Assembly: GCA_964450885.1 (NCBI GenBank)
Contig: CAYVFE010000001.1
Coordinates: 374,572-438,571 of the forward strand
Direction of reading: 5' to 3'
Source: an uncultured Gammaproteobacteria bacterium
GTDB taxonomy: Bacteria; Patescibacteriota; Microgenomatia; Levybacterales; GWA1-39-11
Length of the DNA: 64,000 nucleotides
Shown here: positions 16,690-25,086 of the stretch, piece by piece
Numbering within the stretch: the stretch's first letter is position 1
Layout of the letters: every line of letters begins with the position of its first letter
Notes under the pieces: generated by a model
Databases searched by the model: none
What the model was told of the DNA's origin: nothing
Seen by the model: only the letters and a program-made list of their open reading frames with translations
Position numbers and translations under genes: made by a program

Positions 16690-18921
16690 TTAAGCTGTTT
16701 TTTTACTTTTATCTTTTTTTCTTCTTTTCAAAAAAAAGAAAAGCCAAACAAATAGCAGACTAATGATAATTCCCAAGAGTAATGAGGTAATAATAGGAGC
16801 CCATGAGGATTGTTTCATTTCCACGGTGATCTTTATTGAATATTCGTCTTCACCTTCATCTAGCGTTATTTTTTGTGCAGTTTTATAGTTGTCATATGCA
16901 AGATATAGAGTGTGTTCTCCTGGTTCTACATCTGTAAATGTTACTTTGCCGTTTTCATCTGTTTTGCCATATTTTGGGTCAGAATGGAGTTCAACGTCAG
17001 CGTTGGCGAGTGGTTGACCTTCATTTTCGACGTATATAGTAACCGCATTCGTGAATTCTTTTATGCTGTTGCCTTCATCATCATGTGAATGGGGAAGGTC
17101 TTCATTATAGCTTTCACACGGAAATTCAAGTTTTGAGCCAACATTTAGAACTTCACCAATATTTGGATAATTTTCTATATTTAGGTCAATTATTTCTTGA
17201 AATTGCGATCCATCTCCAAAGGCTTCTGCTGCAAGTTTCCATAATGAATCACCAGATTCTACAACATATGAGCATTCTGAACTCAAGGGTGTTTCTATTG
17301 TGATGTTTGTAACTTCTAGTTGTTGTTCAGGAAGTAGGGGGATGTTTGAATTTATTTGCACTGTTGAGGTCGATTTAATATTTGACCAATCACCTGGCAT
17401 GCATCCGTTATCTACTCGAACTTTGAAGTAGTAGGTAGAATTGGATTCTAAGTGCGCTATTGTTACTGTCTGGACTCCTGAAGAGTCTCCGGAGTGATTA
17501 ATGCTGTGTTCTTCCGCGCTTTGATTGGTAGAGTAGCTAATGAAATAATTATTAAATCCTGGAACCGGAGCAAAGTGAATTGTAGCTTGATTCGACTTTG
17601 AATCTATTTGAAATAATTCCGGAGCTATTCCCTTTTCAGCGTTACAGTTAGCAGAGGCTTGTGGGATTGGAGTGCTGGGAGTAGATGTAGGTTGTTCTGT
17701 GTTAGTTGGGGCTGGTGTATTTGTTGGTGAAGGGGTAGGTGTCGGTGTGTTAATATTTAGAGTAATATTTTTTGTAGTAGCATTTCCTCCGTCATCAGCT
17801 GCTTGAAATACTATAACATATTGATTTCCTTGCATGGCTAGGGTTGGTGTAAAAGTCACCTCCATAGTTGACGTTGCATCTTCAGACGAGGCTGTGGTGC
17901 TCCATACGCTATCAGATGCTGAGGGGGGATTAATAACGCTAATTTCAGGAGAGTCCAATCCTATTTCCCAGTCAGGATCCTCAGCTGATAATTCAAATAC
18001 AAGTGTATTTTCTGGACCTATACTATAAGAGTTCTGTTCTGTAGTAATTGTGGGTGGTGCATCGCTTGAGTCTGAGATTCGAAGAACAAAATCTAGTGGA
18101 ACATATGACTTTACCTCCCCTTCACCATCAATATCCTCAACCATTACGGTTAGCTGCCATCTGTCTCCAATATTTGTAGCTAACGTTTCATCTCTAACAT
18201 CCCAACTAATATTTCCATCACTATCCATCGTAAGCCCCGTAGGCTTTGTGGCCTCACCCGACCCTGTATTGAAGAACTCAGGAATTGTTCCATATCGAAA
18301 CTGGACATCATCTCCATCTTTATCTACAGCGACAAGCTGGTATGAAAAAATTGCATCATCAGGGACCTGGACGACTGAAGCAACCGCACTGGCTGGTGAA
18401 TTATTTCCCGAATATTCACCACCTATATTTATTCTGGTCTCATTTCTCCAGGCAGAACCATCTAGATTTATTGCTGATTCTCGGGCACTACTTTCCCAAT
18501 AAGCGACATAAGTGCCATCGGTGGCATAAGTTTTTTCGAGACCTTCTGTATATTCTTCTTCGCCGGATTTTATACTTACAAGCTCTGTTTGGACATCATT
18601 GGTTGTGGTGTTTCGTGAGGTTACTCTAACTGCTGCATTAACAGAAGTTCCATCACCGAAGAATATTTGTACTTTGTTCGTTACAACTCCGCCTATGGGA
18701 GTTGCAGATGGGATATGACCATGAGTATTCGTCCATCCTATTTGTCCTTTAAGCAGGATCGTTCTATCTTCGCCTTCAACGCTTTCCCAGGATAAAGTTC
18801 CTGCTCTAAAATGATTTGCGGATGCAGGGCTTGCAATAAGAAAAGATACTAATCCCAGGAATAGAACAATTGAAAAAATACGAAAAATTTTCCATGACGT
18901 ATGGAATATAAAATCTTGCAT
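16690..18921 (-). CDS. Large cell-surface protein with signal peptide, Pro/Thr-rich linker, LysM domain, CarboxypepD_reg-like domain and C-terminal TM anchor
   Basis: Domains in order: N-terminal signal (…LIASPASA), a PT linker (TPTPTPSPTNTPAPTNTEQPTSTPSTP) and a LysM-like block (YVVESGDSLWKLAAEAFGD…VGSKLEFP). Then a CarboxypepD_reg-like β-sandwich (VTIYVEN…KTDENGKVTFTDVEPGEHTLYLAY) and a terminal TM helix with a KRRKKDK tail. Confidence 0.65.
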   Translation of the reverse strand: MQDFIFHTSWKIFRIFSIVLFLGLVSFLIASPASANHFRAGTLSWESVEGEDRTILLKGQIGWTNTHGHIPSATPIGGVVTNKVQIFFGDGTSVNAAVRVTSRNTTTNDVQTELVSIKSGEEEYTEGLEKTYATDGTYVAYWESSARESAINLDGSAWRNETRINIGGEYSGNNSPASAVASVVQVPDDAIFSYQLVAVDKDGDDVQFRYGTIPEFFNTGSGEATKPTGLTMDSDGNISWDVRDETLATNIGDRWQLTVMVEDIDGEGEVKSYVPLDFVLRISDSSDAPPTITTEQNSYSIGPENTLVFELSAEDPDWEIGLDSPEISVINPPSASDSVWSTTASSEDATSTMEVTFTPTLAMQGNQYVIVFQAADDGGNATTKNITLNINTPTPTPSPTNTPAPTNTEQPTSTPSTPIPQASANCNAEKGIAPELFQIDSKSNQATIHFAPVPGFNNYFISYSTNQSAEEHSINHSGDSSGVQTVTIAHLESNSTYYFKVRVDNGCMPGDWSNIKSTSTVQINSNIPLLPEQQLEVTNITIETPLSSECSYVVESGDSLWKLAAEAFGDGSQFQEIIDLNIENYPNIGEVLNVGSKLEFPCESYNEDLPHSHDDEGNSIKEFTNAVTIYVENEGQPLANADVELHSDPKYGKTDENGKVTFTDVEPGEHTLYLAYDNYKTAQKITLDEGEDEYSIKITVEMKQSSWAPIITSLLLGIIISLLFVWLFFFLKRRKKDKSKKTA

Positions 18922-19037
18922 TTTATATTTATATGCAATAAGTCAAATGAATGTCAACTTAAAACAACAAATCATGTGGAGCATGAGGTGATCCAGAATT
19001 CCTCAAAGCTGGAAATGTTTGTAGGTATAATTATGTG

Positions 19038-19108
19038 CTGCCGAGCAGGGATTTGAACCCCAATAAACGGATCCAGAATCCGTTGTCCTACCATTAGACG
19101 ACTCGGCA
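19038..19108 (-). tRNA. tRNA-Gln (anticodon CTG)
   Basis: Hand-folded. The 7-bp acceptor stem is TGCCGAG/CTCGGCA, the anticodon loop is TTCTGGA and the T-loop is TTCAAAT. The discriminator is G and no CCA is encoded. Confidence 0.8.
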
Positions 19109-19216
19109 ATGATAATCGATGTGTATATTCTACATGAAACAAGCTCAAATTGAAAGAATTATTGAGTGTTGACACATACCCTTAATTCCTATACACTAGC
19201 CTCAAACAGAGAGAAC

Positions 19217-19245
19217 TTGACACTTAGCAACTCATCTGATACACT
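19217..19245 (+). promoter_or_regulatory. Sigma70-like promoter TTGACA-17-TACACT, 8 nt upstream of the lon ATG (leaderless-type). A second TTGACA-15-TATACA lies upstream at 19168-19194
   Basis: Hexamers were read directly. The extended -10 reads TGaTACACT. Confidence 0.5.
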
Positions 19246-19253
19246 GCTAATCC

Positions 19254-21650
19254 ATGACACCGAAAAGAACAGATTCTAACCCTCTTCGAGTCCCAGTAAT
19301 CCCTATTCGAGACGGTATAGTCTTCCCACATACCGAGTCAATTCTTACTTTTGGCAGAGAAAAAAGCCTGGCTGCTCTAGAGAATGCATTTACTGGAGAA
19401 AGACTTGTATGTTTCGTCCTTCAGAAAAATCCTAGACAGAACAATCCTGAGCTATCTGATTTATATCAGGTGGGAACGGTCGCCCATATCGAACGGATGA
19501 TAAGGTCCGATGGAGAGGTGAATGCGCTTGTAAAGGGTATCTCGAGAGCTAGAATTGTCAGTTATAACGAATCATCAGACTATCTCGAAGCACTCATTGA
19601 TGAGGTAGATGAAATGTCTCTTGCGGGCGAGGAGATGACAGCGCTCATAAATCACGTAACATCCCTATTTAAAAAATCACTAAGTCTGGGTAAACAGGCT
19701 GATTTTCTGGTATTTATGAATATCATGTCAGATATAAATCCAGCAGAACTGGCTGACCAGGTGGCTTCTACTTTGGACATAAAAGGAAGCGAGAGGCAAG
19801 AGATTCTCGAGATCTTTGATGTCAAAAAGCGACTCGAAAAGGTGTCTGAGTATTTGTCACGAGAAGTAAAGGTTCTCGAGCTTGAAAGACGGATCGCGAA
19901 TAGAACACAGGAAAAGCTGGAGAAGTCCACAAAAGATGCTATTTTGCGGGAAAGAATGAAAAGCATCGAGAAGGAACTGGGGGAAAGTGATGAGGCTGGA
20001 GAGATAAAGGAGCTTTTGGGAAAGATAAAGAAAGCTAAAATGCCCGAGGATGTCGAAGAAAAGGCCAGAAAAGAGTTGAAAAAGCTACAACAGCTGACTC
20101 CCTACAACCCGGAAACAGGATATATAAGAAATTACCTTGAGACGCTAGTGGCGCTTCCATGGAGTGAGAAAAGCAAAAATGAAGTAAAGCTAAAAGATGC
20201 CGAGAAGATACTTGATGAAGGACATTATGGTCTTAATAAGGTCAAAGAAAGAGTCATCGAATATCTGGCAGTCCACAAATTGTCAGGCAAGATGAAAGGC
20301 CCAATCCTTTGTTTTAATGGTCCTCCTGGAGTAGGAAAGACATCTATCGGAAAAAGTATCGCAAAATCATTGGGCCGAGAATTCGTAAAGATGTCGCTAG
20401 GTGGTATCCGTGATGAGGCAGAAATACGAGGACATAGGAGAACTTATGTTGGTGCCATGCCAGGCAGGATTATTCAGGGTATAAAAGACGCGAAGACGAA
20501 TAATCCTGTATTTATGTTAGACGAGATAGATAAAGTAGGAGCGGACTATAGGGGTGATCCGTCTTCTGCACTTCTTGAAGCGCTAGATCCAGAGCAGAAC
20601 AATGAATTTTCAGATCATTATCTGGAAGTGCCTTTTGATCTGTCAGATGTAATGTTTATAACTACTTCAAATCTTTTGCATACGATTCCGCCAGCGCTTC
20701 GCGATAGACTCGAGATAATCAACTTCGCTGGATATACGAGCGATGAGAAGTTCCATATTGCCAGAAAATATCTGGTTAAAAAACAACTCGCAGCAAATGG
20801 TCTAAAACCTGGGAATGTCGAGATAAGTGATAAAGGTCTGCAGTATATAGTCCAGCGCTACACCAGGGAATCAGGGGTCAGAAGTCTGGAGCGTGAGATA
20901 GCAAAAGTATTTCGAAAGATCGCACGAAATGTAGCGGAAGGAAAGAAGAAAAAGATACTGGTTACCGAGAAAAATGTACGAAAGTTTTTGGGTCCGGAAA
21001 AGTTTAGTTCGACACTCGCTGAAAAGAAAAACGAAATCGGTATGAGTACGGGGCTTGCATGGACCGAGGTAGGCGGAGAGATACTCTTTATCGAAGTAGC
21101 TCTTATGAAAGGAAAAGGACAGCTGGTTCTTACTGGTCAGCTGGGGGATGTCATGAAGGAATCTTGTCAGGCCGCGATGACGTATATCAGGTCACGAGCG
21201 AATAAATTCGGGCTAGATGAAGATTTTTATAAAGACCTGGATGTGCATGTTCATGTGCCGGAGGGAGCCGTGCCCAAAGACGGTCCGTCAGCAGGGGGAG
21301 CTATAACTACAGCTATAGTGTCGGCCTTGACGAAAATTCCGGTCAATAGAATGGTAGGCATGACAGGTGAAGTTACCCTGCGAGGGAGAATCCTTGAGAT
21401 AGGCGGAGTAAAAGAAAAAGTTATCGCAGCTCACCGTGCAGGGATTAGAACACTGATATTACCTAAGGAAAACAGAAAGGATCTTGAAGAGATTCCAAAA
21501 GAAGTCGCAAAGGATCTCAGATTCGTATTTGCATCTCACATGGATGAAGTCTTGAAAGAGGCCCTTATAAAACCTATCGAAGGACTCAAGCAGATCCGTG
21601 GCGAGAAAGAGACTAAATTAAAGACCCCGCAGCCGATCGCCGCTGATTAG
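19254..21650 (+). CDS. lon: ATP-dependent Lon protease
   Basis: Has the Lon N-terminal domain, AAA+ Walker A (GPPGVGKTS) and Walker B (FMLDEIDK). The C-terminal protease domain carries the catalytic Ser context (DGPSAGGAITTA) and Lys (KEKV). Confidence 0.95.
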   Translation: MTPKRTDSNPLRVPVIPIRDGIVFPHTESILTFGREKSLAALENAFTGERLVCFVLQKNPRQNNPELSDLYQVGTVAHIERMIRSDGEVNALVKGISRARIVSYNESSDYLEALIDEVDEMSLAGEEMTALINHVTSLFKKSLSLGKQADFLVFMNIMSDINPAELADQVASTLDIKGSERQEILEIFDVKKRLEKVSEYLSREVKVLELERRIANRTQEKLEKSTKDAILRERMKSIEKELGESDEAGEIKELLGKIKKAKMPEDVEEKARKELKKLQQLTPYNPETGYIRNYLETLVALPWSEKSKNEVKLKDAEKILDEGHYGLNKVKERVIEYLAVHKLSGKMKGPILCFNGPPGVGKTSIGKSIAKSLGREFVKMSLGGIRDEAEIRGHRRTYVGAMPGRIIQGIKDAKTNNPVFMLDEIDKVGADYRGDPSSALLEALDPEQNNEFSDHYLEVPFDLSDVMFITTSNLLHTIPPALRDRLEIINFAGYTSDEKFHIARKYLVKKQLAANGLKPGNVEISDKGLQYIVQRYTRESGVRSLEREIAKVFRKIARNVAEGKKKKILVTEKNVRKFLGPEKFSSTLAEKKNEIGMSTGLAWTEVGGEILFIEVALMKGKGQLVLTGQLGDVMKESCQAAMTYIRSRANKFGLDEDFYKDLDVHVHVPEGAVPKDGPSAGGAITTAIVSALTKIPVNRMVGMTGEVTLRGRILEIGGVKEKVIAAHRAGIRTLILPKENRKDLEEIPKEVAKDLRFVFASHMDEVLKEALIKPIEGLKQIRGEKETKLKTPQPIAAD

Positions 21651-21671
21651 CCAGATTCTTACGTTATTCTG

Positions 21672-22817
21672 TTAGGGAGTAGCAGGATATATGGGTGCAG
21701 CATTGAAATTCGGGGATAAGATTAAATTATCCAACTTATATTTTCCTCTATCAATCTTTCTCCTGCATTCTTTTACTATAATTCCTGTAAGCTGTTTAGT
21801 CATCGCTTCATCTTCTTTTTGACCTTCTCCCCAGTATATTCCCGGATTTATATTTCCTTCTAGAAGGTAAGCGTTACCATTGTTTGACACGATAAAATCC
21901 AGCGTGTAAAGCGCGTTTTTGCGATCCAGCTTTTTGACAATTTTATCTCCTGTTCTAATAACCAACTCGGGAATATCTTTTTCAGTTAGATACTTAACAG
22001 TCCCGCCCTGATGTTCATTGCATCTGAAATCATTTTTTTTCGCCGTTCGGACATAAGCTTGTACTATTTTCCCCTGACTATATATAATCCGAATATCAGT
22101 TGCAGTAGAGGATTTTTTATAACTATATCCTTTGTCAAACTCTATGAATGGCTGTAGTAAAAAGCTCTTATTTTTGTGTTTATTTAGGATCGAGAAAATC
22201 TTTTTAGCGTGATTTGAATCGACCTTAAAAATATTTCTACCTCCTGCACCTAATCTGTCTTTTATGATCAGTGACTTTTTGAAATCGTTTGAATTTGGAT
22301 GAATCTTTATGAGTTCTTCTAATTTATCTAAAGCGCTAAACACTGCAGGAAGAGAAGAGTCGACTATCTCTGCAGTTGGAATAGTAAATTGAGTAAGTTT
22401 TTCATACGTTTTGAATTTGTCGTCAAAAAGCTTATGCAGTATAGAGTCGTTGAACGGACTAACTCCTGTATGACGTTTAAAAAGTGACTTTGCATCACGG
22501 GAGAATAGTCCATATGGAGAGAATTTATCAAAAACGAGTTTAGCGTAACAATTTCCTATAGTTTTTGACCATTTGTTATTGGAAAATTCCCAGTAGCTTT
22601 TGCATATCCCATTTTCCATAATATCGGATGTCGTGGTAAATGCGGCCGAGATTTTATTTTTGTTACAGCTCTCCAGAAAGAATGAATATGCTCTATTGTA
22701 CTGGTTCATGCCTTTTAAACGAGAAAAGGGCACAGCGGCATTTGTATTTAAAGAAGCACTCGTTGCTATATTTTGATTATAGACAACAAGTACATCAAAT
22801 TGATGTGTACTTTTCAT
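21672..22817 (-). CDS. ATP-grasp fold protein (YheC/YheD-like)
   Basis: The C-terminal half shows ATP-grasp blocks (IIKDRLGAGGRNIFKV…LLQPFIEF…IRIIYSQGKIVQAYVRTA…CNEHQGG…YLLEGNINPG). Confidence 0.55.
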   Translation of the reverse strand: MKSTHQFDVLVVYNQNIATSASLNTNAAVPFSRLKGMNQYNRAYSFFLESCNKNKISAAFTTTSDIMENGICKSYWEFSNNKWSKTIGNCYAKLVFDKFSPYGLFSRDAKSLFKRHTGVSPFNDSILHKLFDDKFKTYEKLTQFTIPTAEIVDSSLPAVFSALDKLEELIKIHPNSNDFKKSLIIKDRLGAGGRNIFKVDSNHAKKIFSILNKHKNKSFLLQPFIEFDKGYSYKKSSTATDIRIIYSQGKIVQAYVRTAKKNDFRCNEHQGGTVKYLTEKDIPELVIRTGDKIVKKLDRKNALYTLDFIVSNNGNAYLLEGNINPGIYWGEGQKEDEAMTKQLTGIIVKECRRKIDRGKYKLDNLILSPNFNAAPIYPATP

Positions 22818-22982
22818 AGATAGGGGCGTGCGATATAGGAGTTAATTCTAGTAGAAGAAAAGAACTAAATATTACATAACACTATAACCAGTATAGCACC
22901 TTATAGGATAAATAGCGAATAAGCCCTTATTTATTTAAATATTTATAATTTAGCCTATCCTAAATAAGAGTATAATATCGAT

Positions 22983-23498
22983 ATGTTTAACGACGAGGAA
23001 TCTTTGCTTAAATCAGGAGAGAGTGTAAGCCTTTATGATGAATCTTATGGACAAAAAAAAGCTCAGGAGGAGAACAAAAAGAGTGAATCTAGTGGCTTAG
23101 GCGAGCTAACTAAAGCCTCTGATAAAATTCTTTTCAGAACAAAAACCGTATTCCCCTTTACTTTTTTCCCAGATACTTTGATAGTGGACTACCAAAAAAT
23201 AAGCATAATAAAGAAAAAATTTTTCATGTCCCAGAAAATTGATAGCATAAATCATAATGATGTGCTGCATGTCGAGGTAGACACTGGGCCTCTGTTTGCG
23301 ACACTTCGCATAACGACTAAATACTTTTCAGAAAAGCCTATCCGGATACAATACCTTCCGAAAAGCCCTGCAATTAAGGTAAGGGATCTGCTTCATGGTC
23401 TGATATCTGCCCGCCAGGAGGATATTTCATTTAGTGAGGTGGATGGCAAAAAACTTTCTAAAAAACTCCAAAGGATAGGGAAAGTCGAGGTAGAATAG
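22983..23498 (+). CDS. Bacterial PH-domain (bPH_2/DUF304-like) protein
   Basis: The C-terminal ~90 aa (…IDSINHNDVLHVEVDTGPLFATLRITTKYFSEKPIRIQYLP…) fit the bPH_2 pattern (I..v.v.q…GtL.i.t.g…). It has an acidic, low-complexity N-terminus. Confidence 0.45.
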   Translation: MFNDEESLLKSGESVSLYDESYGQKKAQEENKKSESSGLGELTKASDKILFRTKTVFPFTFFPDTLIVDYQKISIIKKKFFMSQKIDSINHNDVLHVEVDTGPLFATLRITTKYFSEKPIRIQYLPKSPAIKVRDLLHGLISARQEDISFSEVDGKKLSKKLQRIGKVEVE

Positions 23499-23509
23499 CA
23501 GGGAATTAT

Positions 23510-24202
23510 ATGCAAATAGAAAGGGAAACTGAGCTTTATAGGCTTTCTTCAAATATTGATGAGTTAGTAGACTCGCGTGAGACGCATTTTGCAGAATTAG
23601 ATGAATCTACCCGTTACCTTGATGGACTCAAAGGATACTGCAATCGAGTTATTGATATCGAATATATAATGGCACTTGAGCCTGATGTGACATTTGGAGA
23701 TTTTATGGAGGGAGTAGATTTTGTGAGTACCGAGACCGATTATGCGGGTCTTCATGTAACTGATCCTAATTGGTATGAGGAGGGGGGTTATAGGACAGGT
23801 GCGATAGAGCCGAAATTTTTTAAAAAACTTGAGGGTTATTTTAGAAGGCAGGGGGTACTTCAAGATGACCAAGCTCTAGGCCCCATAGTTCATTATACAA
23901 TTTCGTCTACGGGTAATGATTATGGAAGCGAAAGGCCTTGCATGATGATAAATGTGTCAGGCGGTGAAAGAGAGGATTGGGGACAATTTATCACCTGTTG
24001 GCTAGAAAGTGGCTATAGGCCCTTTAATCTAGATAAGGATCTTAGAGCAATTTCTGAGTTAAAGAAAATGGCAAGAGACGTGGGCAAGCAAGAGATCACG
24101 CCTGAAGAGAGTTGGGCAGCATATAGGGAAAGAGAGAGGGTAAGAAAAGAGAAAAAAAAATTTGTGACCCCACCGGAAGTCGAATCCGGGTCTCTTGGAT
24201 GA
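23510..24202 (+). CDS. Hypothetical protein; 3' end overlaps tRNA-Glu on the opposite strand
   Basis: 230 aa with no recognisable family. The last ~12 codons run through the tRNA-Glu gene, so the true C-terminus is uncertain. Confidence 0.4.
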   Translation: MQIERETELYRLSSNIDELVDSRETHFAELDESTRYLDGLKGYCNRVIDIEYIMALEPDVTFGDFMEGVDFVSTETDYAGLHVTDPNWYEEGGYRTGAIEPKFFKKLEGYFRRQGVLQDDQALGPIVHYTISSTGNDYGSERPCMMINVSGGEREDWGQFITCWLESGYRPFNLDKDLRAISELKKMARDVGKQEITPEESWAAYRERERVRKEKKKFVTPPEVESGSLG

Positions 24203-24237
24203 GAACCAAGTGTCCTAGGCCACTAGACTATGGGGCC
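24165..24237 (-). tRNA. tRNA-Glu (anticodon CTC)
   Basis: Hand-folded. The acceptor stem is GGCCCCA/TGGGGTC, the anticodon stem-loop is CTTGG-TTCTCAT-CCAAG and the T-arm is CCGGA-TTCGACT-TCCGG. No CCA is encoded. Confidence 0.8.
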
Positions 24238-24329
24238 GAAAGCATTTCAGCCTAGATATTATAGGAAATTATAGTGTACTAAGCAAATAATAATTTCAAA
24301 TAAGACTATTATTTCTGTATAATAATCAC

Positions 24330-25085
24330 ATGAATAAATTTCTCCTGTCGGTTGTTATCCCTTCATATAACGAAATGGCAAATCTTCAGAAAGGGACTTT
24401 AGATAAGGTCATGGGTTACCTTTCTCGTCAAAAGTATGACTTTGAGGTCATAGTGGTCGATGATGGGAGTAACGATGGAAGCCGCGAGTTCGTAGCAAAT
24501 TTCGTAAAGCAGAACAAAAGGGTAAAGTTGATAGAGGGCAGACATAGTGGTAAGGCTGGGGCTGTTACGCAAGGTGTTTTAGCGGCGAAAGGAGATTTTG
24601 TTCTTTTTACAGATATGGATCAGGCAACGCCGATAGAGGAGGTAGAAAAACTTCTCCCGCAGATAGAAAAAGGATACGATGTTGTCATAGGGTCCCGCGA
24701 AGGACAAAGAAAAGGAGCGCCACTAACACGAAAGATAATGGCAAGAAGCATGGTTTTTTTGAGGTCTGTTATAGTAGGAATCCCTAATATAAAAGATACT
24801 CAGTGTGGATTTAAGTTATTCAAAAAAGAAGCTGCAAGAGAAATCTTCAGTAAAGTAAAAAAAGTCCATAACGGATTTAAATCTATTAAAGGATCATCTG
24901 TTACAGCTGGCTTTGATATAGAAGTTTTATACATAGCAGAGCAAATGAATTACAAGATTAAAGAAATTCCCGTTACCTGGTTATATGTCGAGACCCGCCG
25001 GGTAAGCCCCGTAAAAGATTCTATCGAGGGAGTTTTCGATCTTCTGCATATAAAACGCAATATTATTTCGGGAGTCTATAAATAA
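24330..25085 (+). CDS. GT2 polyprenol-phosphate glycosyltransferase (DPM1/GtrB-like)
   Basis: Carries LSVVIPSYNE…VIVVDDGSNDGS…FTDMDQATP and a Dpm1/GtrB-type C-terminus. The TGTATAAT-N6-ATG arrangement is leaderless-type. Confidence 0.8.
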   Translation: MNKFLLSVVIPSYNEMANLQKGTLDKVMGYLSRQKYDFEVIVVDDGSNDGSREFVANFVKQNKRVKLIEGRHSGKAGAVTQGVLAAKGDFVLFTDMDQATPIEEVEKLLPQIEKGYDVVIGSREGQRKGAPLTRKIMARSMVFLRSVIVGIPNIKDTQCGFKLFKKEAAREIFSKVKKVHNGFKSIKGSSVTAGFDIEVLYIAEQMNYKIKEIPVTWLYVETRRVSPVKDSIEGVFDLLHIKRNIISGVYK

Positions 25086-25086
25086 T

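Noticed and set aside
17085-18629. Several plus-strand ORFs (72-150 aa) inside the large surface-protein gene
   Set aside because: They are antisense to a coherent 743-aa multi-domain protein and their products are Ser/His/Leu-rich low-complexity strings.
18972-19175. 67-aa ORF on the minus strand
   Set aside because: It overlaps the hand-folded tRNA-Gln(CTG). The tRNA cloverleaf is far better supported.
19150-19235. CIRCE-like half-sites (GAGTGTTGA … TTAGCAACTC) upstream of lon, considered as an HrcA operator
   Set aside because: The halves are in the wrong order and orientation and are ~60 nt apart instead of the N9 spacing. Each also has mismatches to TTAGCACTC/GAGTGCTAA. They are better explained as parts of two TTGACA promoters.
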